Positions 57,245-64,000 of a DNA stretch of 64,000 nucleotides are shown here, in pieces. Every line of letters starts with the position of its first letter. Position 1 is the first letter of the stretch. The stretch comes from an uncultured Bacteroidales bacterium (GTDB lineage Bacteria; Bacteroidota; Bacteroidia; Bacteroidales; ML635J-15): assembly GCA_964615585.1 (NCBI GenBank), contig CAZTNS010000001.1, forward strand, positions 1,456-65,455, given 5' to 3'. The notes beneath the pieces were generated by a model. It was given only the letters and a program-made list of their open reading frames with translations, made no database searches and had not been told where the DNA came from. The translations under genes and the position numbers were made by a program.

Positions 57245-59113
57245 ATGAAAAAAATCCTGACCAGAAATACAGCCCTTAAAATCGCATTGATATTTTTTGT
57301 CTTTTCGATAATTTGGATATTTTTAACTGACAGTCTGGTGTTTTGGTTTTATAAGGACCCCGGAGAAATTACCAACTACCAAACGTTCAAAGGATCACTT
57401 TTCGTGATGTTTACCACATTACTGATTTACTTTTTAATAAAAAGAGAAATCAGGGCAAAAAATCGCATGATTGCTTTTTTGAATAAAAGTGAACATTGGT
57501 ATAACCTGATGTTGTCAAATATCCCGGGTGTAGATGTTCTTATTTTTGATACAGATGCAAAAATAATTCTTGCCCATGGGAATGAATTAGCCAAACACGG
57601 CATTGATCTGGCGGGCATGCAAAACATCCATGTTGATGATGTGCCAATTTCACAACCAACCTATGATTTCTTTGTGCCAAAACTAAAAGAGGTGCTGGCA
57701 GGAAAAAAGGTAGAAGCTGATTACACTTTTAAACAGGACAATTATCATATAAAAGGACTTGGACTGGAAAACGAAGAGCGTGAAATATTTGCTGGGTTGA
57801 TTGTCATAATAAACATCACATCCCAATATAATCTAACCGAACACCTGAAAAGGCAAAAGAAAAAATGTGAAGACTTGTACCGGGATTATTATCAGCAAAA
57901 TCAGGAATTGGTAATGACCAATAAAAAACTTGATGGTACAATTTCCGAACTCGAAAAAGCGAAGAAAAAGGCAGAAGAAAGTGATAAACTAAAATCCAGT
58001 TTTCTGGCGAACATGAGCCATGAAATCCGGACGCCGCTGAATGGCATCATGGGATTTTCCCAATTGATCACTAACAACCAGATCAGCAAATCAGAAATCA
58101 ATATGTATGGGAAATATATACATCAAAACGCTGATCAGTTGCTGAATGTCATTGAAGATGTATTGCTGATGTCAAGCCTCGAAACGGAACAATTCCATTT
58201 CAACCTGTCAACTTATGAGATCAAATGGATATTCAATGACATTATATCCATGGCCAGCAACAAAGTGCTTAAATCAAACAAAAACATTAAACTGGATCAT
58301 CATTTTGCTTCTGAGTTAACAAATTATAATATATACACAGATAAAAGTGCGTTTCAGAAGGCATGTGAAAAGATCATTGATAACGCCATCAAATATACTC
58401 CGGAGAATTCCATTGTGCACATAAAATTATACTGTGATGAAAACGGTACGCTTTGTTTTTCTGTACGTGACCAGGGGGAGGGGATACCACAGGATAAACA
58501 TGAAAAGGTTTTTGAGCGGTTTTATCAGTTGCACACATCGCTTGTTCATCCCGACTCAGGCAATGGCCTTGGCCTTTCCATTGCCAAAGCGCTTGTGACA
58601 GGGCTAAATGGTAATATACGCCTGGAGTCAGAAGAAAACAAGGGAAGTGAATTTATCATCAGGCTTTCATGTGAGTGTTTGGAGCTTGTAAAAGAGAAAA
58701 AAGGCACAAAAATTTCTGCATCCGATCAGGGGAAAAAAGGAAATAAGATACTGATTGTGGAAGACCTGGAAGACAACTGTATTTTGCTGAAAGCTTATTT
58801 AAGGCGGTATAATGTGCAGGTATTGCATGCATTAACTGCACAGGAAGCACGGGAAATCATGAAACAAGACCCCGGTGTTGATCTTATTTTGATGGACATC
58901 AGGTTGCCTGATGAGAATGGACTGGACCTTACAAGTCAACTGAAGAAACAGTATCCTGATATTCCAATCATCGCACAGACAGCGTATTCAGATACACAGG
59001 ATGAATATTTTGCTGAACAGGCAGGTTGCAATGACTACCTTGCCAAACCGGTCATGAAGCAGGTCTTTTTGAAAACCATATCGGAATATATTGACCTTAA
59101 GCCGGTAAAATAA
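57245..59113 (+). CDS. Hybrid sensor histidine kinase / response regulator
   Basis: Two N-terminal TM segments, PAS-like region, H-box SHEIRTPLNGI, G-boxes DQGEGI / GNGLGL, C-terminal receiver (ILIVEDL..., LILMDIRLPDENG). Confidence 0.9.
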   Translation: MKKILTRNTALKIALIFFVFSIIWIFLTDSLVFWFYKDPGEITNYQTFKGSLFVMFTTLLIYFLIKREIRAKNRMIAFLNKSEHWYNLMLSNIPGVDVLIFDTDAKIILAHGNELAKHGIDLAGMQNIHVDDVPISQPTYDFFVPKLKEVLAGKKVEADYTFKQDNYHIKGLGLENEEREIFAGLIVIINITSQYNLTEHLKRQKKKCEDLYRDYYQQNQELVMTNKKLDGTISELEKAKKKAEESDKLKSSFLANMSHEIRTPLNGIMGFSQLITNNQISKSEINMYGKYIHQNADQLLNVIEDVLLMSSLETEQFHFNLSTYEIKWIFNDIISMASNKVLKSNKNIKLDHHFASELTNYNIYTDKSAFQKACEKIIDNAIKYTPENSIVHIKLYCDENGTLCFSVRDQGEGIPQDKHEKVFERFYQLHTSLVHPDSGNGLGLSIAKALVTGLNGNIRLESEENKGSEFIIRLSCECLELVKEKKGTKISASDQGKKGNKILIVEDLEDNCILLKAYLRRYNVQVLHALTAQEAREIMKQDPGVDLILMDIRLPDENGLDLTSQLKKQYPDIPIIAQTAYSDTQDEYFAEQAGCNDYLAKPVMKQVFLKTISEYIDLKPVK

Positions 59114-59119
59114 TCCTTA

Positions 59120-59731
59120 TTATCCGGATAAATACGCTTTGCCGGCCGGCCCTTCATTGAACAACAAATCCAAAGCACTTAATCCCGGTTGGAATCCATG
59201 CCTTTCGCTGAATACCTGAATGTAAGGTTGTTGAACAACTATGCTTTGTTTTTTTGGATGTATTTTGTCTCTTAAATCTGCAATGCCGTTTTTTGCAGGG
59301 GAGGTGTATTTTTGTGTCATGAATATCCTGGTATCCAGGTCGAAAAGGGCGATGAGTTTTTCAATGATGCTGAGGTTGAGGTCAAATAAAAAACGGGGTT
59401 TTTGTTTGAAAAAAGGGTAGATGTCCTCGTAATAAAATTCAAAAAAAGGAGCTGCAGCGTAAGCCGTTTCTATGCTGCGACGATGGTTCCCCTGCCATGG
59501 TTCCGAGTAATCAATCCGGACGTCCCGTATGGGTTGGCCCGGACTACGGCCTTTTATGACCGGCACCACCAGGTTTTGAAGTCCATTTGGCCCGGCAATG
59601 GTGCAGCGGTTGCGGTATGATTGTTTCTGATAATGCTCGTTGGCCTCAATGAAAACATGGTTGTGTTTATAACATTGCCTGAAATATTCCACAGGAGGAA
59701 AATACGCTGTATTCAGAAGTGCACTGCTCAT
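59120..59731 (-). CDS. WbqC family protein (unknown function)
   Basis: YFPPVEYF....NEHYQKQSYRNRC.I.GPNG...L.VP, as I recall for WbqC-like proteins. Confidence 0.75.
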   Translation of the reverse strand: MSSALLNTAYFPPVEYFRQCYKHNHVFIEANEHYQKQSYRNRCTIAGPNGLQNLVVPVIKGRSPGQPIRDVRIDYSEPWQGNHRRSIETAYAAAPFFEFYYEDIYPFFKQKPRFLFDLNLSIIEKLIALFDLDTRIFMTQKYTSPAKNGIADLRDKIHPKKQSIVVQQPYIQVFSERHGFQPGLSALDLLFNEGPAGKAYLSG

Positions 59732-59736
59732 TGTAG

Positions 59737-60576
59737 TTAAAACGTTTTTTTGCCGGCTATATGATCAGCGGGCAGAAATCCCCAATGCCGTGCGTCGTTG
59801 CAATCATCCCTGTTGTCATCTACGACAAAGTAATAGTCTTGCGCTGGAGTGTATGTGGTAGCTTCTTTTCCGTCGATGTATATTTTCCGGTATTTTACAA
59901 ACAGCTCACGATCTTCATACACATCAATCATGCGCTCGTAGAGGCTTATGTTCATGTAGTTGATGTGAATATTTTTCCCTGCTTCCGGAATAACCAAAGG
60001 GCCGAAATAATCTTTGTTCCAGTTGAAATACCGGGAATTTGGAAAAATTTCGTAATCTTTATTTCTGCTTAGATCTGATAACATGCGGGCGTGGGTAACA
60101 CCATTTAATTCCTTGATCTCATTAACTTCCTGTGGTGATGTGTATAGTTCCCAGGCTTTGCGATGTACAATTTCATTTACATGCAAAGTGTTGAAATTTT
60201 TTAACTGCTCAGCATTAAAACTGGTGTCGGTGCTGATGCGGTATTTATAAAACAGGTAAAGCTTTTTGTCCATATAATCATTATTGACATATACTTTCTT
60301 GTTGCGTATTTCAATGGTGTCTCCTGGCATACCCATCAATCGAGAAAGGTGCACAGGTTTTTTGCGAATTTTCTTATCTGACATGCCGGGAAAATGATAT
60401 GCGATGATATCCAGGCGTGAGATTTTATCCGGTGATACCCTGCTGACTAATACGTATTTGTCTTTCGGTATGATGGGATGCATGTCGTGATTGTAGGTTC
60501 TTATGAGGTAAAACTTTAACATGAAAATCACAAACACAATGACGATGATTACAGCTATGTAAATGCTTTTTTTCAT
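59737..60576 (-). CDS. S26 (signal peptidase I) family paralog lacking the Ser/Lys catalytic dyad
   Basis: N-terminal TM anchor. Box B has HDMHP instead of SSMEK, box D has HLSRLMGMPGD instead of YIKRCVAMPGD, and box E is retained (DDNRDDCNDARHWGF). Confidence 0.75.
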   Translation of the reverse strand: MKKSIYIAVIIVIVFVIFMLKFYLIRTYNHDMHPIIPKDKYVLVSRVSPDKISRLDIIAYHFPGMSDKKIRKKPVHLSRLMGMPGDTIEIRNKKVYVNNDYMDKKLYLFYKYRISTDTSFNAEQLKNFNTLHVNEIVHRKAWELYTSPQEVNEIKELNGVTHARMLSDLSRNKDYEIFPNSRYFNWNKDYFGPLVIPEAGKNIHINYMNISLYERMIDVYEDRELFVKYRKIYIDGKEATTYTPAQDYYFVVDDNRDDCNDARHWGFLPADHIAGKKTF

Positions 60577-60665
60577 GGTAGTGTCTCTTTGTGTTTATTT
60601 AGTTTTTTGTACATAATCAGTTACGATATGTAAAAAGATTATATTTTTATTTTTGTTTCCATGAT

Positions 60666-62069
60666 TTAGTGTACACTGTTTAATAAACGATTCCACCGGA
60701 TGTTTGCCGGGAAGGATTTTTCTTTGTCGAGCGAAAGCCAAATGATGGATGCTTTTCCAACGATGTGATTTTCGGGAACAAATCCCCAGAAACGGGCATC
60801 TGCAGAATTGTGCCTGTTATCTCCCATCATCCAGAAATAGTCCATTTTAAACTGGTATTTGCCGGTTGCTTTTCCGTTGATGAATATTTTCCCGTCTTTT
60901 ACGTGCAGGTCATTTTTTTCATAATAACCAATGACCCGTTCATAAAATGGTAGATTATCAAGGGTTAATTCAATGGTTTCACCTGCTTTGGGAACATACA
61001 TAGGGCCAAACCAGTCTTCATTCCAATTGTATTGTTTATTGTGGGGGAAGATTCTGTAATTTCTGATGCCTTCAGCTTGTGTTAGTTTTGTGATGCTGTT
61101 CACTATCCTGATGTTTTTTATTGTTTTGGCCTGTTTTTCAGTCAGGGGAAGGATATACTTTCTTCCCTGATGCCACATATCACGTTTTGCAATATCCAGT
61201 CTTTCCAGCGTATTTTCACTCAGGATGCGGCCGTCGGTGATCACTTCGTAATTAAACTGAATGCCTTCAAAATGTTTCTGCGGCTTTCCGTTGATATATA
61301 CCCATCCGTCGCGGATTTCAAGGCTGTCGCCGGGCATGGCAACACATCGCTTAATGTAGTTTTCTCTTTTGTCAATTGGGCGTACAGTAATGGTATTTTG
61401 GCTTCTGATCATTTTTCTTGCCTTATTGTAATAATTTTGTTCAGAGTGTACTTTTCTGCCGGCTTTCATGTCCATAATCCGTAACTCCCGCGCTTTTACG
61501 CGGATAATATCATAATATCCCTGTGCCTGGTTTTCAAGAACAACAGTGTCACCGGTAGGGTAATTAAAAACAACAATATCGTTCCGTTTGATTTTTCCCA
61601 ACCCGGCCATACGTTCATAAGGATTCTGTATCCACGTTACGAATGATTTGGTTTTTTGTGACAATGGCATGGTGTGATGGACAAAGGGAAAGGAAATGGG
61701 TGTCATCGGTTTGCGCGGGCCGTAAGCCACCTTGCTGACAAAAAGGTAATCCCCCACCATCATGCTTTTTTCCATTGAGGATGTAGGGATGGTAAAGGCT
61801 TCAAAGAAAAATGCCCTGATGAGTGAAGCCGCAATGACAGCAAAAATTATGGCATCAACCCATTCAAGGGTTTTGCGTTTGAATTTTGGCATTTTTTTGT
61901 CTTTATCCGGCTTCCAGAATGCCCATCTCACGTATTTTGTGATGTAAATATCAATGATGAGCAATTCGCCAAACAGCCACCAGTAATTTCCCAGCCAGAT
62001 CACAAATAATATATACGCAGCACTAACGAGGCCAAATTTGACGTAGTTGTTTTTAAATGGATTTTTCAT
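60666..62069 (-). CDS. lepB: Signal peptidase I
   Basis: TIPTSSMEKSM (nucleophile Ser), NYIKRCVAMPGD (Lys), MGDNRHNSADARFWGFVP. Confidence 0.92.
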   Translation of the reverse strand: MKNPFKNNYVKFGLVSAAYILFVIWLGNYWWLFGELLIIDIYITKYVRWAFWKPDKDKKMPKFKRKTLEWVDAIIFAVIAASLIRAFFFEAFTIPTSSMEKSMMVGDYLFVSKVAYGPRKPMTPISFPFVHHTMPLSQKTKSFVTWIQNPYERMAGLGKIKRNDIVVFNYPTGDTVVLENQAQGYYDIIRVKARELRIMDMKAGRKVHSEQNYYNKARKMIRSQNTITVRPIDKRENYIKRCVAMPGDSLEIRDGWVYINGKPQKHFEGIQFNYEVITDGRILSENTLERLDIAKRDMWHQGRKYILPLTEKQAKTIKNIRIVNSITKLTQAEGIRNYRIFPHNKQYNWNEDWFGPMYVPKAGETIELTLDNLPFYERVIGYYEKNDLHVKDGKIFINGKATGKYQFKMDYFWMMGDNRHNSADARFWGFVPENHIVGKASIIWLSLDKEKSFPANIRWNRLLNSVH

Positions 62070-62088
62070 AATGTTATGATTTACGAAA

Positions 62089-62805
62089 TTAGATTGTAAG
62101 CATATCTTTCATCGAAAAAATGCCTTGTTTGTTTTGTATAAATTCAGCAGCCATGATCGCTCCCAGCGCAAAACCTTTGCGGTTTTTAGCTTTATGTGAT
62201 AGTTCCAGTATATCCACATCGCTTTCATAAAAAATATGGTGTTCGCCAAACACTTCACCTTCCCGTATGGATTGCACAGGGAGTTCATTTCTGTTTTCAG
62301 ATGAATCTTTTTTCCATCTTTTAATTTGGGAGTGAGTATTTATGAGGTCCTCAGCCAGGTGAATGGCAGTGCCTGAAGGGGCGTCTTTTTTATGCACATG
62401 ATGTGTCTCGGAAATCAGCGGTTTGTATTGGGCAAATTGTTGCATGATGGAAGCCAGGTTTTTGTTCATCTCAAAAAGCACATTGACCCCGATGCTGAAA
62501 TTTGAAGCATAAAAAAATGCTGTCCCTGATTGATTGCAAGCTTCTGTAACTTCATCATAATTGTCCAGCCAGCCTGTGGTTCCGGATACAACGGGTACTT
62601 TTTGATTGAAACAGCTGTAGAAATTCTGTACGGCAGTATCCGGTTCGGTAAATTCGATGGCAACATCTGAAGACCCAAACTGCGATGATTTGATATCGTC
62701 AGCGTTATTTTTGTCAATAACGATGTGAATTTCATGTCCCATGTCTATAGCCATGGATTCGATAATTTTCCCCATTTTTCCGTAACCGATGATAGCAATT
62801 TTCAT
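62089..62805 (-). CDS. dapB: 4-hydroxy-tetrahydrodipicolinate reductase
   Basis: MKIAIIGYGKMG, ETHH.HKKDAPSGTA. Confidence 0.92.
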   Translation of the reverse strand: MKIAIIGYGKMGKIIESMAIDMGHEIHIVIDKNNADDIKSSQFGSSDVAIEFTEPDTAVQNFYSCFNQKVPVVSGTTGWLDNYDEVTEACNQSGTAFFYASNFSIGVNVLFEMNKNLASIMQQFAQYKPLISETHHVHKKDAPSGTAIHLAEDLINTHSQIKRWKKDSSENRNELPVQSIREGEVFGEHHIFYESDVDILELSHKAKNRKGFALGAIMAAEFIQNKQGIFSMKDMLTI

Positions 62806-62909
62806 GTTCCGCTATGTTTGTTTTGATGTGTAAAAATAAAACATTGTGCTCAATATACATGATATTTAAATCAGATTCTTTAAAAGAACGGATGAAAAGC
62901 CGTTTTATT

Positions 62910-62940
62910 AAAAAAAGCCCCTGATTTTCACCAGAGGCCT
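62910..62940 (-). terminator. Rho-independent terminator after rplT
   Basis: Minus strand reads ggcctctg-gtgaaaat-caggggct followed by seven T. Confidence 0.55.
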
Positions 62941-62960
62941 TCAACCATATTTTAAGCGTG

Positions 62961-63308
62961 TTATTTCTTTAGCTCTTTAACGATGGCTTCAAACGCTTTT
63001 GGGTCGTTCATTGCGAGGTCTGCAAGCACTTTCCGGTTGAGCTGAATGTTACTGTTGTGCACCTGGCCCATAAACTTGGAATAAGACATCCCATGCTGAC
63101 GTGCAGCGGCATTGATACGTTGTATCCACAGGTTGCGGAATGTGCGTTTTTTTGCCCTGCGGTCGCGGTATGCATAAGTCAAGCTTTTTTCATAAGCGTT
63201 TTTGGCAACGCTCCATACGTTTTTTTTCGCTCCAAAATAACCTTTGGTTTGCTTGAGTACTTTTTTTCTTTTTGCCCTTGAGGCAACTGCATTTACACTT
63301 CTTGGCAT
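62961..63308 (-). CDS. rplT: 50S ribosomal protein L20
   Basis: [23 protein letters not shown], 115 aa. Confidence 0.97.
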   Translation of the reverse strand: MPRSVNAVASRAKRKKVLKQTKGYFGAKKNVWSVAKNAYEKSLTYAYRDRRAKKRTFRNLWIQRINAAARQHGMSYSKFMGQVHNSNIQLNRKVLADLAMNDPKAFEAIVKELKK

Positions 63309-63400
63309 AATGTTTTGTTTTTGTTGTTCAGCGTTCGTCCAATGACGAATCTTTCAGCTAAACAAGGTTAATACTTTGTTACTTTTTTTAAGAAAACATG

Positions 63401-63598
63401 TTACTTCATGGCGAGTTGACGCTTGATGTTTTTTTCGTCAACTTTTGCCACTGTAGTAAAGTGTCCAAGCTTGCGTTTACGTTTTTTTGACTTTTTGGTC
63501 AAAATATGGCTTTTGTACGCATGTTTCCTTTTCAATTTTCCTGTTCCGGTAACCTGAAATCTCTTTTTAGCACCGGATTTTGTTTTCATCTTCGGCAT
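63401..63598 (-). CDS. rpmI: 50S ribosomal protein L35
   Basis: [22 protein letters not shown], 65 aa. Confidence 0.95.
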   Translation of the reverse strand: MPKMKTKSGAKKRFQVTGTGKLKRKHAYKSHILTKKSKKRKRKLGHFTTVAKVDEKNIKRQLAMK

Positions 63599-63658
63599 AT
63601 ACTTCTTTTTTTTTAGTTCCTTAATTCTTTATGTGTCCTTATTTTTTTCTTATTCGCT

Positions 63659-63703
63659 CAATCTCTCCATCTCTCAATCTCTCAATCTCTCTATCTCTCC
63701 ATC
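63659..63703. repeat. 8-bp microsatellite (about 5.5 units) in the infC-rpmI spacer
   Basis: Plus strand: caatctct ccatctct caatctct caatctct ctatctct ccatc. On the mRNA strand this reads (GAGAGAUU/GG)n, pure purine plus U. Confidence 0.9.
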
Positions 63704-63708
63704 ACCCT

Positions 63709-64000
63709 TTATTTCTTTTTCGATGTTTTCGGCGATAATAACATAATCATACGTTTTCCTTCGAGCTTGGGTAACTGATCCACTTTTGCTACCTCTTCAA
63801 GGTCTTGCGCCAGTTTCAGTAATAGTATTTCGCCTTTTTCTTTAAACAAAATGGTTCGTCCTTTGAAAAAGACAAAAGCTTTTACTTTGGCCCCGTCTTT
63901 AAGGAATTTTTCAGCATGTTTTAATTTAAAATTGTAATCGTGATCATCCGTATTGGGCGTAAATCTGACTTCTTTTTGTACCATTTTCACCGCGTTGGCT
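63709..64000 (-). CDS. infC: Translation initiation factor IF-3, C-terminal part (gene continues beyond window end)
   Basis: KEVRF.P....HDY.FK..HA.KFL..G.KVK..V.F.GR. The frame stays open to base 64000. Canonical infC-rpmI-rplT order. Confidence 0.9.
   Translation of the reverse strand, partial: ANAVKMVQKEVRFTPNTDDHDYNFKLKHAEKFLKDGAKVKAFVFFKGRTILFKEKGEILLLKLAQDLEEVAKVDQLPKLEGKRMIMLLSPKTSKKK

Overview
This window looks like a chromosomal segment of a T9SS-bearing member of the Bacteroidota. The assignment rests on PorU/PorV/GldJ/PorP-SprF homologues, several T9SS C-terminal sorting domains, TAnnTTTG promoter boxes and the absence of Shine-Dalgarno-type spacing. About 50 protein-coding genes are supportable, and most are housekeeping: recF, ffh, truA, pgi, mutS2, ychF, pckA, ruvX, def, trkA, murF, ispF, hutH, lepB, dapB, rplT, rpmI, infC. 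One roughly 400-nt structured RNA on the minus strand (18200-18600) reads as RNase P RNA. I saw no rRNA, tRNA, CRISPR array, transposase or integrase.

Notable blocks:
- A small accessory-looking left end (1-5665): HsdR-like tail, AAA+ ATPase, an orphan T9SS sorting-domain fragment and a SWIM-SNF2 helicase.
- A five-gene, translationally coupled glycan operon (20630-25254).
- A contiguous T9SS core (gldJ, porP/sprF-like, porU, porV; 45499-53562), plus two full cargo genes elsewhere.
- dapB-lepB followed by a catalytically dead S26 paralog and wbqC (59120-62805).

I did not find a complete, obviously novel multi-gene system. The best second-look candidates are:
- the dead signal-peptidase/WbqC module;
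- an OadA-like carboxyltransferase with a lysine-less biotinyl-like domain next to pckA;
- the glycan operon as a possible T9SS-anchor pathway;
- an RNase P RNA with a non-canonical P4 region;
- a recurrent class of GC-rich, simple-repeat-built inverted repeats in otherwise AT-rich intergenic DNA.

All family assignments come from motif recognition by eye. No searches were run.
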